Positions 1-12,903 of a DNA stretch of 64,000 nt are shown here, piece after piece. Every line of letters begins with the position of its first letter. The stretch's first letter is position 1. The DNA is from Macrostomum lignano (lineage: Eukaryota): contig NIVC01001003.1 of assembly GCA_002269645.1 (NCBI GenBank), positions 275,863 through 339,862 on the forward strand, written 5' to 3'. The notes beneath the pieces were generated by a model. The model did no database searches. It worked only from the letters and a program-made list of their open reading frames with translations, and was not told the DNA's origin. The position numbers and the translations under genes are program-made.

Positions 1-539
1 TGGTTGCCAATGCCCCGACAAAGGCCCGGGTGTCCCGCAGTGCCGTGACTCACAGGGCCTTGCCTACACGTAGAGCAGGGCCAGACAGTCAACGCATACT
101 TGACACTCTGAGGGACCACATTCGACGCAAGCGGCCAGAATGGATGGCAAGAACCAGGTTCACTGTTCTGCATGACAATGCCCGTCCACACACGTGTCAG
201 CCCACACCAGGGAGTTTCTTACCAGGAGAGGCATTCCGGTGGTGCCGCATCCAACCTACTCACCTGATTTGGCCCCTGGCTGCGGACTTCTGGCTATTTC
301 CGCATGTCAAAAACTGCATTGCCGGTTGCCGGTTCGACACCTTGCTGGAGCTTTTGACACCAACCCCATGGCTGCTTCCCAGTGCACTGAGGCCTTCAAC
401 AAGTGGCTGTTAGGGATGGCAGCGGTGCATTGAGAAGGATGGAGATTATGTTGAAAAATGACAGTTATTGTTTCGTTTCAATTGTTTGTTTAAAATCGTA
501 TATGGCACCTGCTGTCCTATATTTCGCCGGACAACCCTC
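1..539 (+). mobile_element. Mariner (DD34D-type) transposon, 3' part, frameshifted and cut by the window edge
   Basis: Across frames the sequence reads LRDHIRRKRPEW..LHDNARPH..HPTYSPDLAP.DFWLF..YVEK*, which are mariner catalytic motifs. 521-539 (atttcgccggacaaccctc) is the reverse complement of a GAGGGTTGTCC-type mariner TIR, lacking the terminal bases. Confidence 0.85.
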
Positions 540-1454
540 TCCTGGTATTACAACATGATCGAGAGTAAGCAGGAAGTCCTGTACGACTTTGGGCCAGGGG
601 CAGAAGCGATCTCGGCCCGAATACGCGGTCCCCAATTCCATCGCCGGCGCAGTCTCTCGATCGATCAGCCGATCCCGACGCTATCCCCGCAAATTTCTAC
701 ATTAAAGATCTACAATTTCTACACGAACATGTGGAGCATGTACATCTGCAGCGGGCTGCAGCGCTGCAGCCAGGTATTCCGCGTCCGACCGTCTCGACCT
801 TAGCCTGCCACAGCCGGGCAGCGGTAACGTACATGTACAACGTTACATGTACATACAACATACGCCGTACAGCTAGGCTGCATTGTACATGTACATAAAT
901 TAACATGTACATTTTGGGAATGTTTCTGAGGAGGACATGTATATGCCCCCCGCGCCACCCGAAAAATTACAATATTTTTATATTGTACTTGAAGTAAATG
1001 TAGTTTCTACATGCATATTTTGACTAATATCGAATATTCGGTTCGATTTTAGAATATGTGCAGTATTAACTACCCAATTTCGGTGAAATATACGTTCGCA
1101 GAATAGAAACTTAGGTATCGTGAACATATCGTCCTAACTTCTAATGCATTACTAAAAGTAGCAAATTTAGCGAATAATTACAATCAGATGAAGTCGCAAC
1201 TCGTACTTACGCACTTTTTATAATACAAAAAGGCATTGGCTGACCAATTGCTATTTGGCAAGCATAGTACGCAGATTGGGTATCAAAGTATGAAAATGTT
1301 GTATCTAAATAAAATTCAGACAAGAACGGTACGATTGTGCCGCAGTCTTCCGTAGTGTCCACACAGTTTTGCTGCTGGGCAAGTCTCTCTGCGAGTGCGT
1401 TTTGATCTTCGCTGTGCTATAGAAGAGTGAAGAAGGTCTGCTGCTGCACCGAAT

Positions 1455-4400
1455 ATGCCGTTGGTATTACGTGTTGTTATGCCACTGTTGCTGTGTGCAT
1501 TGTGCTCCGACTGCCTGCCGGCTAGCAACAGCATGTACAGCCATCAGTCTGCGGACTGTGCCAGTGCCGACTTGGTGAGATGCTCGACATATTTTATCTA
1601 TATTTGCGCGTATAAAACTATTCATGAAATTGGAAAAAATGATCAGCTGGTTCTACCATAGATCCATAGATTTCACTGGTTACATACATGTAGTGTTTGA
1701 GGTTAAAGAGGTTAAAGCAATATGTTGGAAGATACACTCGTTAAAAGAGTGGATGGAGGCAGGGGCGGACCCAGGGGGGGGGGGAGCAAGGTGACCTCGG
1801 CCCCCCTCAGCCGTGGCCAAAAAATTAGCTCATGCTTTTTGGCCTGTAATTATACAAGGTCTCTTTTCTAATATTGATCCGAGGGCGATGGAAGATAGAG
1901 TGATATAAGGGTAAATGGATCATATTGAGGGCAGACAGTGGAGACAGAGGTGTCAATGGAGAATGGTACAACTGATATGAATGAATGAGTTATAAAGAGG
2001 ATAGCACTCCGTCACTCCGTCACTGCCTCACTCCGTCACTGCCTCACTCTGTCACTGCCTCACTCCGTCACTGCCTCACTCCGTCACTGCCTCACTCCGT
2101 CACTGCCTCACTCCGTCACTGCCTCACTCCGTCACTGCCTCACTCCGTCACTGCCTCACTCCGTCACTGCCTCACTCCGTCACTGCCTCACTCCGTCACT
2201 GCCTCACTCCGTCACTGCCTCACTGCCTCACTGCCTCACTCCGTCACTGCCTCACTCCGTCACTGCCTCACTCCGTCACTGCCTCACTCCGTCACTGCCT
2301 CACTCCGTCACTGCCTCACTCCCTCACTCCGTCACTGCCTCACTCCGTCACTGCCTCACTCCCTCACTCCGTCACTGCCTCACTCCGTCACTGCCTCACT
2401 CCGTCACTCCGTCACTCCCTCACTCCGTCACTGCCTCACTCCGTCACTGCCTCACTCCGTCACTGCCTCACTCCGTCACTGCCTCACTCCGTCACTGCCT
2501 CACTCCGTCACTGCCTCACTCCGTCACTGCCTCACTCCCTCACTCCGTCACTGCCTCACTCCGTCACTGCCTCACTCCGTCACTGCCTCACTCCGTCACT
2601 CCCTCACTCCGTCACTGCCGTACTCCGTCACTGCCTCACTCCGTCACTGCCTCATTCCCTCTCTCCGTCACTCCGTCCCTCAGTCATTCCGTCACTCCCC
2701 CAACCCGTCACTTCCTCACCCTGTCACTCAGTCACTCCTTCATTCCCGCAAACTGTCACTGCCGAATATTGCTATAGCAAGTCACAATCCCGAATGCAAC
2801 TGCCCTGAGGCCTCGCATTGGTACTAAAAAAATATCCCAGAGCCGATTCTGGACTTCTCTGTTGGCGTACGAGGCTTAATTTTAATTGTCGTTACGCTAA
2901 AAACTTCGAAAATTACAGTTGTTAATTTAGCCTATCTTGATCTTTTTCTTTCGCTATATAAATTAGTTCGCTTCAATATACGCTCGTAGCAGTACAGTAG
3001 TCCTAGATGGTAGAAGCTTCATGCAGCTGTCATTCAATCATCGTCATTATAGTGCAGCAACATGTCATGGTCGCTAAAAAGTTTATCTACAGTAGTTGAC
3101 TACAAAATTTCGCTAGCAGAAAACAGCTCGCGATTCAACTTAGTGGCTAAGCACTAAACACTGGGGGGAGGGGGGTTCGGTCTTGTGTTTCCCACGTTCG
3201 GGCGAGCTGTGCCTGACAAAGAAGGCATTTTATTCGGTACAACAAACAAATGCATGTAAATGAAGACAAGGAACTGAGGAGGATATTTGGCGTCAGCCTG
3301 TCCCGCCGCCTCTCATCCCAGCAAAGATCCCAAGCAGAGATAGATTTCCCAATTGTCCCCACTCGCAACCAAGGGCTCCGGTTTTGTAGCTTCATGGACT
3401 GCTAATAAGGTACAATATGGATCGGAGGTCACTAGAGCAATTTTTGGGAACCATTCACAATGTATGAGTATTGAGTAAGTAAATAGGCAATGAATGGGAT
3501 ACTTTACAACATTATAAATTATGTTTAGTAAGTAACTTTCACAACCCATGGACAGATAGAAGCTTAAAAATGCAGAAATTTCTCAGATTAAATAGTAGAT
3601 TGTGTCGATGGTTTTGGAGACAGACAATGGTAGATTGTGTCCATGGTTTTGGAGACAGACAATGGTAGATTGTGTCTATGGTTTTGGAGTCAGACAATGG
3701 TAGATTGTGTCCATGGTTTTGGAGACAGACAATGGTAGATTGTGTCTATGGTTTTGGAGTCAGACAATGGTAGATTGTGTCTATGGTTTTGGAGACAGAC
3801 AATGGTAGATTGTGTCTATGGTTTTGGAGTCAGACAATGGTAGATTGTGTCTATGGTTTTGGAGACAGACAATGGTAGATTGTGTCTATGGTTTTGGAGA
3901 CAGACAATGGTAGATTGTGTCTATGGTTTTTGAGGCAGACAATGGTAGATTGTGTCTATGGCTTTGGAGGCAGACAATGATAGATTATGTCTATGGTTTT
4001 TGAGGCAGACAATGGTAGATTGTGTCTATGGTTTTTGAGGCAGACAATGGTAGATTGTGTCTATGGTTTTTGAGGCAGACAATGGTAGATTGTGTCTATG
4101 GTTTTGGAGACAGACAATGGTAGATTGTGTCTATGGTTTTGGAGGCAGACAATGGTAGATTGTGTCTATGGTTTTTGAGGCAGACAAGGATTGATATTTC
4201 ACGAGTAGAGAGAAGCCACTAATCTTGTCTATGACAAAACCATATACACAAGCACATTGTCTCATGAATGTTGCGTTGAATAATGAGCGTAGATCCTAAG
4301 ACAATGATCCATGCATGACAACATAAAATAAGTGATGAGTTGCTTTTTCTCAAAATTAAATACTAGTAGAATATCCACCTTTTTGTACCTGGTACATTGT

Positions 4401-7400
4401 TGACTGCTGCCTCCAGTCCAGATGCTTTGCGCCAGGAGTCCATGCTTCCTTTCCCACCGGACCGGATCCGGATATGACACTAATACTGCAGCAAAGCACA
4501 CCCCATGTTAATATTTCATATATAGTAAGCGAAGCCCTCAAAGTCTGTCTGTAAGCAGATTTTGAGACTAGACTGAGAATTAATATTTAAAGAAGAATTA
4601 GTGCGACTATTACATTAGAAAGGGGCCGGTGTGTCTGAACCCCCCCATCTTGACAAGCATGACAAGACAAATTAACAACATGTAGTCATGCCAGTCCTAG
4701 AGCAGACAGGGTGGAAGCGAGAGCAGAATCTGAGAAATGCTTAATACTCGCACAGTTTATATGACGGTTGTTAAACAGTGAGGCCGTAAAATGAGTAATT
4801 TTGTAGCGTAAAATCAATATCAAAATTTCATAAACTATAAATTATCACAAACCTGAAATATCACAGACCCGAAATATCACAAACCCGAAATATCACAAAC
4901 CTGAAAAATCACGGACCTGAAATATCACAGACCTGAAATATCACAAACCTGAAATATCACAAACCCAAAATATCACAAACCTGAAATATCACAAACCTGA
5001 AATATCACAAACCCGAAATATCACAAACCCGAAATATCACAAACCTGAAATATCACGGACCTGAATATCACAGACCTGAAATATCACAGACCTGAAATAT
5101 CACAGACCTGAAATATCACAAACCCGAAATATCACAAACCCGAAATATCACGAACCCGAAATATCACAAACCCGAAATATCACAAACCCGAAATATCACA
5201 AACCCGAAATATCACAAACCTGAAACATCTCAAACCCGAAATATCACAAACCCGAAATATCACAAACCCGAAACATCTCAAACCCGAAACATCACAAACC
5301 TGAAATATCACAGACCTGAAATATCACAAACCTGAAATATCACAGACCTGAAATATCACAAACCCGAAATATCACAAACCCGAAACATCTCAAACCCGAA
5401 ATGCGAGCTATCATAACTCCGAAAAGCAAAATACCGTTGGGTGTTGCTGGAACTTTCGGAGTTATTTCAGCAAAAGACTGAAAAAAACAGAGCGAAAACA
5501 CTTATCAGCCACGTGTTGGTTGCATCGCAAGTTTTCTATTCTGAAGCAACTACAATCTCTTTCTTGCACCCACATGCCACTGTCCCGGAAAAGATCGACA
5601 GTTATGGCGTGTTCTGCGCGTTATTTTGCATCACGTGCTCTAACTTAAAAGAAAGGTAAAAGTAAATTATGCTGCAGATTTTATGCTGCTGTTTAAACAA
5701 CAGATCAAACTCCGGTGTAAACTACAGTTGACTCTTTAAGCACAGCACAGATTTCATCGATTAGATCTGCTCCTACACAAACCTCAGCAGCGAACGGAAA
5801 TGAATTCACGACACATGCCCTAACCCCCAACCTTGCTCTCCTTCAGACCCAGCACGGGCTTGGCACAGTGTCCAGGCACGCGGAAATGTGCAGCGAAATG
5901 CCTGGTAAGCCAGCGCGATTTCAATAACATGATTTTTTGTATTGAGGGTCAAATTTGTTGAAGGGAAAGTGGCTGGGGGTAGCCAGCAGCAGCACTTCAA
6001 TGCGTTAATCCAGGGTTTAAGCATCGGACTTTATCGATAAGCTCGATCTAAAAGTAATCTAGGCAAGGGTCAGCACTCTCCACAGCCTCCCTGTACAACT
6101 GCTTAGAGCCAGCTGCTCAAATGCACTCTCCCACAGCCTCACTGTACAACTGCTCAGAGCCAGCTGCTCAAATGCACTCTCCCACAGCCTCCCTGTACAA
6201 CTGCTCAGAGCCAGCTGCTCAAATGCACTCTCCCACAGCCTCCCTGTACAACTGCTCAGAGCCAGCTGCTCAAATGCACTCTCACACAGCCTCCCTGTAC
6301 AACTGCTCAGAGCCAGCTGCTCAAATGCACTCTCCCACAGCCTCCCTGTACAACTGCTCAGAGCCAGCTGCTCAAATGCACTCTCCCACAGCCTCCCTGT
6401 ACAACTGCTCAGAGCCAGCTGCTCAAATGCACTCTCCCACAGCCTCCCTGTACAACTGCTCAGAGCCAGCTGCTCAAATGCACTCTCCCACAGCCTCCCT
6501 GTACAACTGCTTAGAGCCAGCTGCTCAAATGCACTCTCCCACAGCCTCCCTGTACAACTGCTTAGAGCCAGCTGCTCAAATGCACTCTCCCACAGCCTCC
6601 CTGTACAACTGCTTAGAGCCAGCTGCTCAAATGCACTCTCCCACAGCCTCCCTGTACAACTGCTTAGAGCCAGCTGCTCAAATGCACTCTCCCACAGCCT
6701 CCCTGTACAACTGCTTAGAGCCAGCTGCTCAAATGCACTCTCCCACAGCCTCCCTGTACAACTGCTTAGAGCCAGCTGCTCAAATGCACTCTCCCACAGC
6801 CTCCCTGTACAACTACAGCGTGCAGACGGCTCAGTCAGCTGACAGCCTTCAGAGCACCGAGTTCTCAGACACTGCCAGCGGCCTCATTATCGGCTCCTTC
6901 GAGCTGGAGCACTGCCTGACTCCGTCAGACTCGCTGCTCATCGTTCTGGGCGAAGCCTCCGACTCGATGGGCGCCTCTGAGCACAGATGTCAGAGGCTGA
7001 CCGTCTGCAACCAGATGGCCGACGGGAAGCGGCGACGACTGCGGCTTCAACTGAGCCTCCGTCCGACCAGATCCTACACGATGAAGGTCTTCAAGCTGGC
7101 CAGCGGGTCCAGGCTGTGCGAGCAGCCCCGAGTTCGATTCTTCTTCACCAGGTCGGCGGGCGACGACCGGCCGCTGGTGCAGCTGGCGGCGCGACGCTGC
7201 GGCGCCTGTGGTGACGATGGCAGCGACTTCCGCTGCAACATGACGGCCTACCTGCGGAGCGGCTGGGTTGGTGGGCTGCTGCTAAAGCTGACCGGAGTTT
7301 TAGGCGATCAAAGTGACTGGATCAAATTTCCGGCCAATCAGAGTCAGCGGGTGTCGGTGAGCTCACGGAGACCGTTTTGGGCGAGCAAACGGCGGGAGTA

Positions 7401-9286
7401 ATGATTTAGTACGACTCACGTAGAATACTATAGCATTAAAATACTGTATTTTTTGCTTAAGGCAGCCTTCAAAGATTCTAAGAAACGAAATATTCTAGCC
7501 TTCTAAGATTTTCTAAGACACGTATGTTGCAGTCTTGAAAATTTTTATAAGAAAATAAATGTTGCAGTCTTGAAAGATTTTCTAAGAAACACAAATTCCA
7601 GTCTTGAAAGATTTTCTAAGAAACTAAATATTCCAGCTTTCAAATATTTTTTAAGAACGAAACGTTTTGACTCAAATGCAATTGTAAATTCAAACTAACT
7701 TTTTAAATTGCTGCAGAATTCAAACAGTTGGATTAAGGCAAACCTCTCCATGCAGATCCGAAGTTGGCAGCTCACCTATCATGTGAGTAATGTTTTTAAT
7801 AATTTGTAACACAGCTGAGCATATTTCGTAGAACTCAGAGCCTTCCAATTTAATTTCAATCCAGTTTCGCAAAACTGCCGGATCGAGACGGACGATTTCC
7901 AGTGCAAGGCGAAGCATCTTTTCATTAGGATTCAATGGTAATCCACTCTGTGATTGACCTCATTGACACTGTGATTGACCTCACCGACACTCTGATTGAC
8001 CTCACCGACACTCTGATTGACCTCACCGACACTCTGATTGACCTCACCGACACTCTGATTGACCTCACCGACACTGTGATTGACCTCACCGACACCCTGT
8101 GATTGACCTCACCGACACTTTGATTGGCCTCACCGACACCCTGTGATTGACCTCACCGACACTGTGATTGACCTCACCGACACCCTGTGATTGACCTCAC
8201 CGACACTTTGATTGGCCTCACCGACGCTCTGATTGACCTCACCGACACTCTGATTGACCTCACCGACACTCTGATTGACCTCACCGACACTCTGATTGAC
8301 CTCACCGACACTGTGATTGACCTCACCGACACTGTGATTGACCTCACCGACACTTTGATTGACCTCACCGACACTGTGATTGGCCTCACCGACACTCTGA
8401 TTGACCTCACCGACACTCTGATTGACCTCACCGACACTCTGATTGACCTCACCGACGCTCTGATTGGCCTCACCGACACTCTGTGATTGACCTCACCGAC
8501 ACTCTGATTGACCTCACCGACACTCTGATTGACCTCACCGACACTCTGATTGACCTTAACGGTGATTGACCTCACCAACACTCTGTGATTGATCTCAATG
8601 ACACTCCAAATTCCTCTGACTAATTATTTACAGACAAGTCGCTCCGCTCGCCGACCCTCTGTCAGCCCTCTGAGCCGCTGGCAGTCTGCCCGAGGCCGCT
8701 GTTGCCGCCGACAGTGGGCCAGTGGAGCGCGCCTTCGCCCTCCCAGTCGGCCAGAGGGTCTGTCAATCGATCAACAATCAGCGACACAGCGCCCGCAGTT
8801 TTAAGCTGGGCGCTTCCTCCGGCGCTAGTCCTGGCGCTCTTCCTGGCGCTCTACCGGGCGCTCTATGCTCAGCGCAATTGCGGCGATAGCAACACGAGAA
8901 AACTTGTCCTGCTAGTGCTTCCAGAAGCCGGAAATCCAACGACCCGTCAGCTTATTCGCCGGCTGCCAGCGGCCCCGGCCGGAGTCGAGATACGTCAGGT
9001 GGTCGGCCTGAGCAAGCTCAACCGACAGCTAATTGGCAGCTCGTGCCTCGTCATCTTCCTGAGCTGGGACTCAAAGTTCGACAGCTTCCAAGCTGGCAGC
9101 CTGTCGGATGCAGCCGGGAGGAGTCTGAGAACGGTGCTGCTGACTGAGAAGCACCGGATGCTGGGAGCCTTCATCAACTCGGGAGCTGGACCGCCTGCTG
9201 ACTCGATCTGGTCCGGCCTCGATGCCAGGATGCTGGGACTGGACGATGGAGCGGCTTGGAAAGATCTGCTGCTCCAGGCTGCTTGA
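1455..9286 (+). CDS. Receptor paralogue A: type I single-pass membrane protein with Cys-containing ectodomain and TIR/SEFIR-like cytoplasmic domain
   Basis: Hand model with compatible phases: 1455-1574 (signal peptide MPLVLRVVMPLLLCALCSDC; donor gtgaga), 5751-5904 (donor gtaagc), 6800 to about 7356 (donor position uncertain), 7717-7782, 7832-7937, 8634-9286. TM helix VLSWALPPALVLALFLALY is followed by RKLVLLVLPE..GVEIRQVVGL..LVIFLS..LLTEKHR. Exons 3-6 align with paralogue B. The TIR/SEFIR assignment comes from the alternating beta/alpha pattern only. Confidence 0.7.
2005..2740. repeat. 16-bp minisatellite (CTCCGTCACTGCCTCA)n, intronic
   Basis: Direct tandem repeat. It explains ORF 1985-2827. 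Confidence 0.95.
3596..4190. repeat. 35-bp minisatellite (TAGATTGTGTCTATGGTTTTGGAGACAGACAATGG)n
   Basis: About 17 tandem copies with a 35-bp period. Confidence 0.95.
4841..5400. repeat. 17-bp minisatellite (AAACCCGAAATATCACA)n
   Basis: Tandem copies. A few related monomers also occur at about 19270-19335. Confidence 0.95.
6073..6812 (+). repeat. 51-bp tandem array at the intron/exon boundary of receptor A
   Basis: Unit ATGCACTCTCCCACAG|CCTCCCTGTACAACTGCTCAGAGCCAGCTGCTCAA. There are 15 CACAG acceptor-like sites (6085, then 6136 to 6799 every 51 bp). Confidence 0.95.
7950..8600. repeat. 21-bp minisatellite (GATTGACCTCACCGACACTCT)n filling an intron of receptor A
   Basis: Starts about 12 bp after the donor at 7938 and ends about 30 bp before the acceptor at 8633. 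Confidence 0.95.
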
Positions 9287-9489
9287 GAACGGATGGTAGC
9301 TTTTGGTGGGTCTCAGGTTATTAGACGAGCGGGAATCGTTTTTAGAAATCATGGACCCGTGGGTTACGTTGCTCCCTAGCGTGTTTTAGCAACTTTAGAT
9401 TTTTTTTATGGACTAAAAGTAAAATATTAAATATCTTCATTTGGAAAATTCACGAGGTCCGACAAGCCAAATACGTCATGCCATGTACA

Positions 9490-9855
9490 CTGGGAATCGC
9501 CCATGTACACTAAGAATCGCCCATGTACATTGGGAATCGCCCATGTACATTGGGAATCGCCCATGTACATTGGGAATCGCCCCCCCACCGAATGACACTG
9601 TGGGAATCGCCTCCCCCCGATACACATTGGGAATCGCTCCAACCGATATACATTGAGAATCGCCCCCCCCTGCCCCGATATACATTGGGAATCGCCCCCC
9701 CCCGGCCCCCACCGATGTACATTGGGAATCGCCCCCCCCACCGATGTACATTGGGAATCGCCCCCCCACCGATGTACATTGGGAATCGCCCCCCCACCGA
9801 TGTACATTGGGAATCGCCCCCCCCCACCGATGTACATTGGGAATCGCCCCCCCCC
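9490..9855. repeat. 20-30-bp minisatellite (GGGAATCGCCC(n)ACCGATGTACATT)n
   Basis: Tandem copies with a variable C-run. Confidence 0.9.
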
Positions 9856-10389
9856 CATTTACGCCTCTGCCTCCTTGTCCAAACGGTGGCCTCAATTCGC
9901 CATTGATGTCAACCCCTCCAATTAAATTTCAGATCAAGCTTGAAAAGTTTGGCAAACTTTTGTGCGGTCAACTGATCCCGCGATCACTCACTGATGTACA
10001 AAGTTGACACCTGCAGCTATCATTATAAAAGTTCATACGCATCGAGTTAAGATTTAGGTCAGGAGGCAAAGAACATTCATTAGTCAATTTCTGTGTTCAA
10101 TTCCTATTTTGAAAAGCCATTATTATTTCATAGTTTATTAGTCTGTCATTTTACGCGTATTTTCGAATTGATTTCGCCAAATACTCTACTAGTAGTCACT
10201 GTACGTTCAGTGCCAAAATGTTATTGAGAAGAAATTTGTAAATAAATTGAAATAAATTTTTTAATGCTTGATTTTTGTCCCTTGTTGAAGTTTGGGCAAT
10301 GCAATAATAAAATACAATGATTATTTATTTAAATTATACGCTTGTAAATACTTGCTGTAAATCTGCAATAATGACCTCTAGGTACTTAC

Positions 10390-10640
10390 AGTTTGACACC
10401 CAGTTACTTTATGGCTCACTCTGACACCCGGTTAGTGTACTTTTATAGTTTACTCTGACACCCGGTTAGTGTACTTTTATAGTTCACTCGGACACCCGGT
10501 TAGTGTACTTTTATAGTTCACTCGGACACCCGGTTAGTGTACTTTTATAGTTCACTCGGACACCCGGTTAGTGTACTTTTATAGTTCACTCTGACATCCG
10601 GTTAGTGTACTTTTATAGTTCACTCCGGACACCGGTTAAT
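10390..10640. repeat. 34-bp minisatellite
   Basis: (GACACCCGGTTAGTGTACTTTTATAGTTCACTCG)n, about 6-7 copies. Confidence 0.9.
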
Positions 10641-11802
10641 GCAGTATTATTGTGTGTCTCACTCCAAAACCAGTTATTATAACAATAATTATAACATATG
10701 AGGCTATACTTCAAGTCATGGTAGTATTGACCTAATCAGCGAAGGTGCAAATTAGGACCCAAAATAGTTCTTTTTAATTGTTCTGCACTTTAATCAGGGA
10801 CAACTGATGCAGGACGCTTCCGTACATGTATTTCTTCAGAGCATATAGTATAGCCCATGTACGTGCATACTCGTACATGTATAGACAAACCTAAGGTCAG
10901 TGTTTTAGAGTCGCAAAAATTGAGTTATTTCGCTGCTATGCTTCTGCTTTTCATACATGTGGATCTAATTTGTTTCAGATCTTTAGCGGAAATCGCACCC
11001 CAACACGTGTATTCTGTTGTGTATTAAAAGGATTGACTGGAAAGTAAAACGGCCCTTTTCAGGGCCACCTTAAGCCACAGATACTAGAGTACACTAAGTA
11101 GATGAGCCACTCAGGCAAAAAATAAGCCTTCTGTTTAATAAAGGCAGCTGAAATGACTTTGAGTTCAGAAGCCCAAGCTTGCAGGCGTAAACAGCTTGCT
11201 AATTGGTTCAGCCATGATCTACATTAGCCAGTCCAACTGAAATGTACATGGCAGCTTTAGGCTGGAATTCCGAGAAAGGCAATAAAAATTGGGACGGGCA
11301 GGGGTTAGTGAGGAAAGGCGCGGTTGGAGGGTTTAAGCTACGCTGCTACGGGTAAGAGTCAATTAATGAGCTTTTGGTGTTAAAAATACATTAAAATCCT
11401 TCTGTTTAACGTACTACTGAACTGAAAGTAGCTTGCACGCAAATGTGCTGAGTGGCCCTAATCTATTTTATTCTAGTACATTATCTGTGCCCTAAACGAA
11501 CATAGCGGTTGAGGCTAAAAAGAGTGGGGGCACAAAATATGCGAAATATGGAGAACACGATGATGCGGTTCTGAATGCTACACTCGTAAAAAAACCGCGC
11601 GGAGTAAGAATATCAATCTCTCTGTTCCTACAGTGCCCGTCTGGCACCAACCAGCGTAAACAGCCCTAGGCTTGCTCTTTCTTTTGAGTCGTTTCCTTCG
11701 TGCAACAGATCATACTCTTCCAGTTTAACCAGAAGTATAAAGCCGCAGACCAATAAGTATAACAATGAGTAAGCACATTCAACAACTTTCAATCAAGGAC
11801 GA

Positions 11803-12302
11803 CTTAAGTAGGACAGGAAACCTCGTTTCTTAGAAAATTTTAGAAGGCAGGTTTTTCCGAAAAAATACACTACGGAGATAGGAAGTTTTCATTTTTTTCA
11901 GCACAAAAAAATTGCTATTGCTTTTGATATGAGGCAGATCCAGTGTTCATCTTTGTTTGTTTGTTACAGAGTCAGCTAAGAATGACAAAATAACATCATA
12001 AAGTTAAAGAGCAGACCTGTGCCATCTCAATAGTTTTCAGGCACAAGACACGCGCAAATGTATGTAGAATAAAAAATTCACATAGCATCCTAATTTTCTG
12101 AACGAGAAGCTTATTGAATATCGATAGAGCAATAAGAAAGACACAACATAGCAAAAGATGAACACTGGATCTGCTTCCTATCAAAAGCAAAAGCAATTTT
12201 TGTGCTGAAAGAATGAAAACTTCCTATCTCCGTAGTGTATTTTTTCGGGAAAGCCGGCCTTCTAAATTTTTCTAAGAAATGAGGTTTTTTTGTCCTCCTA
12301 AG
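11803..12302. mobile_element. MITE-like foldback with inverted arms of about 150 bp
   Basis: 11803-11955 is the diverged reverse complement of 12152-12302 (e.g. aatacactacggagataggaagttttcatt versus aatgaaaacttcctatctccgtagtgtatt). The spacer is about 200 bp. No clear TSD. Confidence 0.65.
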
Positions 12303-12379
12303 ACTGGCAAATCTCTCAATTAGATGCATTTTTACAGTGCCGGATGATTTTAAGACTGGTCCAGTTCCATTTAATTCTA

Positions 12380-12903
12380 AACTGTCAGCTTCCACTGCTT
12401 CTGTGCTGAGTCAGCTGATGATGGTAGGCATGACAAGGACAGTTGAATGGTGGCATCCTGCTGCTTCAGATTCGGATTGACAGACTGGAGAATCCCTCCT
12501 CCGGCATGCACCAGCAGCTGCCTAAATGCTGAGCGAAACTTACGAGTATTGCCCAGTCTGAGTCCGTGGCTTTCCTGTACTTGCTGCAACATACACACAT
12601 ATTTACATTCTTCTGTTCGGCCACACAAATGTTCCCAGGGACTGCCACTGCATGGTTTCGAATCAGCTTCAACATGTGCGACACATCCAAGAAGGCTGAA
12701 ACCTGAATGCCAGGATCTCAGCGCTATCAGTCACTTTTTTCTCATTACTTTAATTGTCCGTTGGAAAAGTCTGGAAGGACTCCGGGATTCCGGATACAGC
12801 GGGAGGCGTCGCGTCGCCGCTAAGTAAGGAGGGACACTCCCGCCACCACCAGCGGCATCGCTGCATTGTTTGAACAGCCAAACAGCACAGCAAAAGCTGT
12901 CAT
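12380..12903 (-). pseudogene. Internally deleted THAP/P-element (THAP9-like) transposase remnant
   Basis: Minus strand reads MTAFAVLFGCSN (THAP-like start), SFQTFP (THAP FxxFP-like) and VSAFLDVSHMLKLIRNH, matching the P-element transposase D-x-x-H-x-x-K motif. Stops and frameshifts are present and no TIR pair was found. Confidence 0.45.

Noticed and set aside
1758-1830. CAGGGGCGGACCCAGGGGGG MITE-type terminus (similar ends at about 55100 and 60700)
   Set aside because: No matching opposite end or TSD could be identified, so no element is called.
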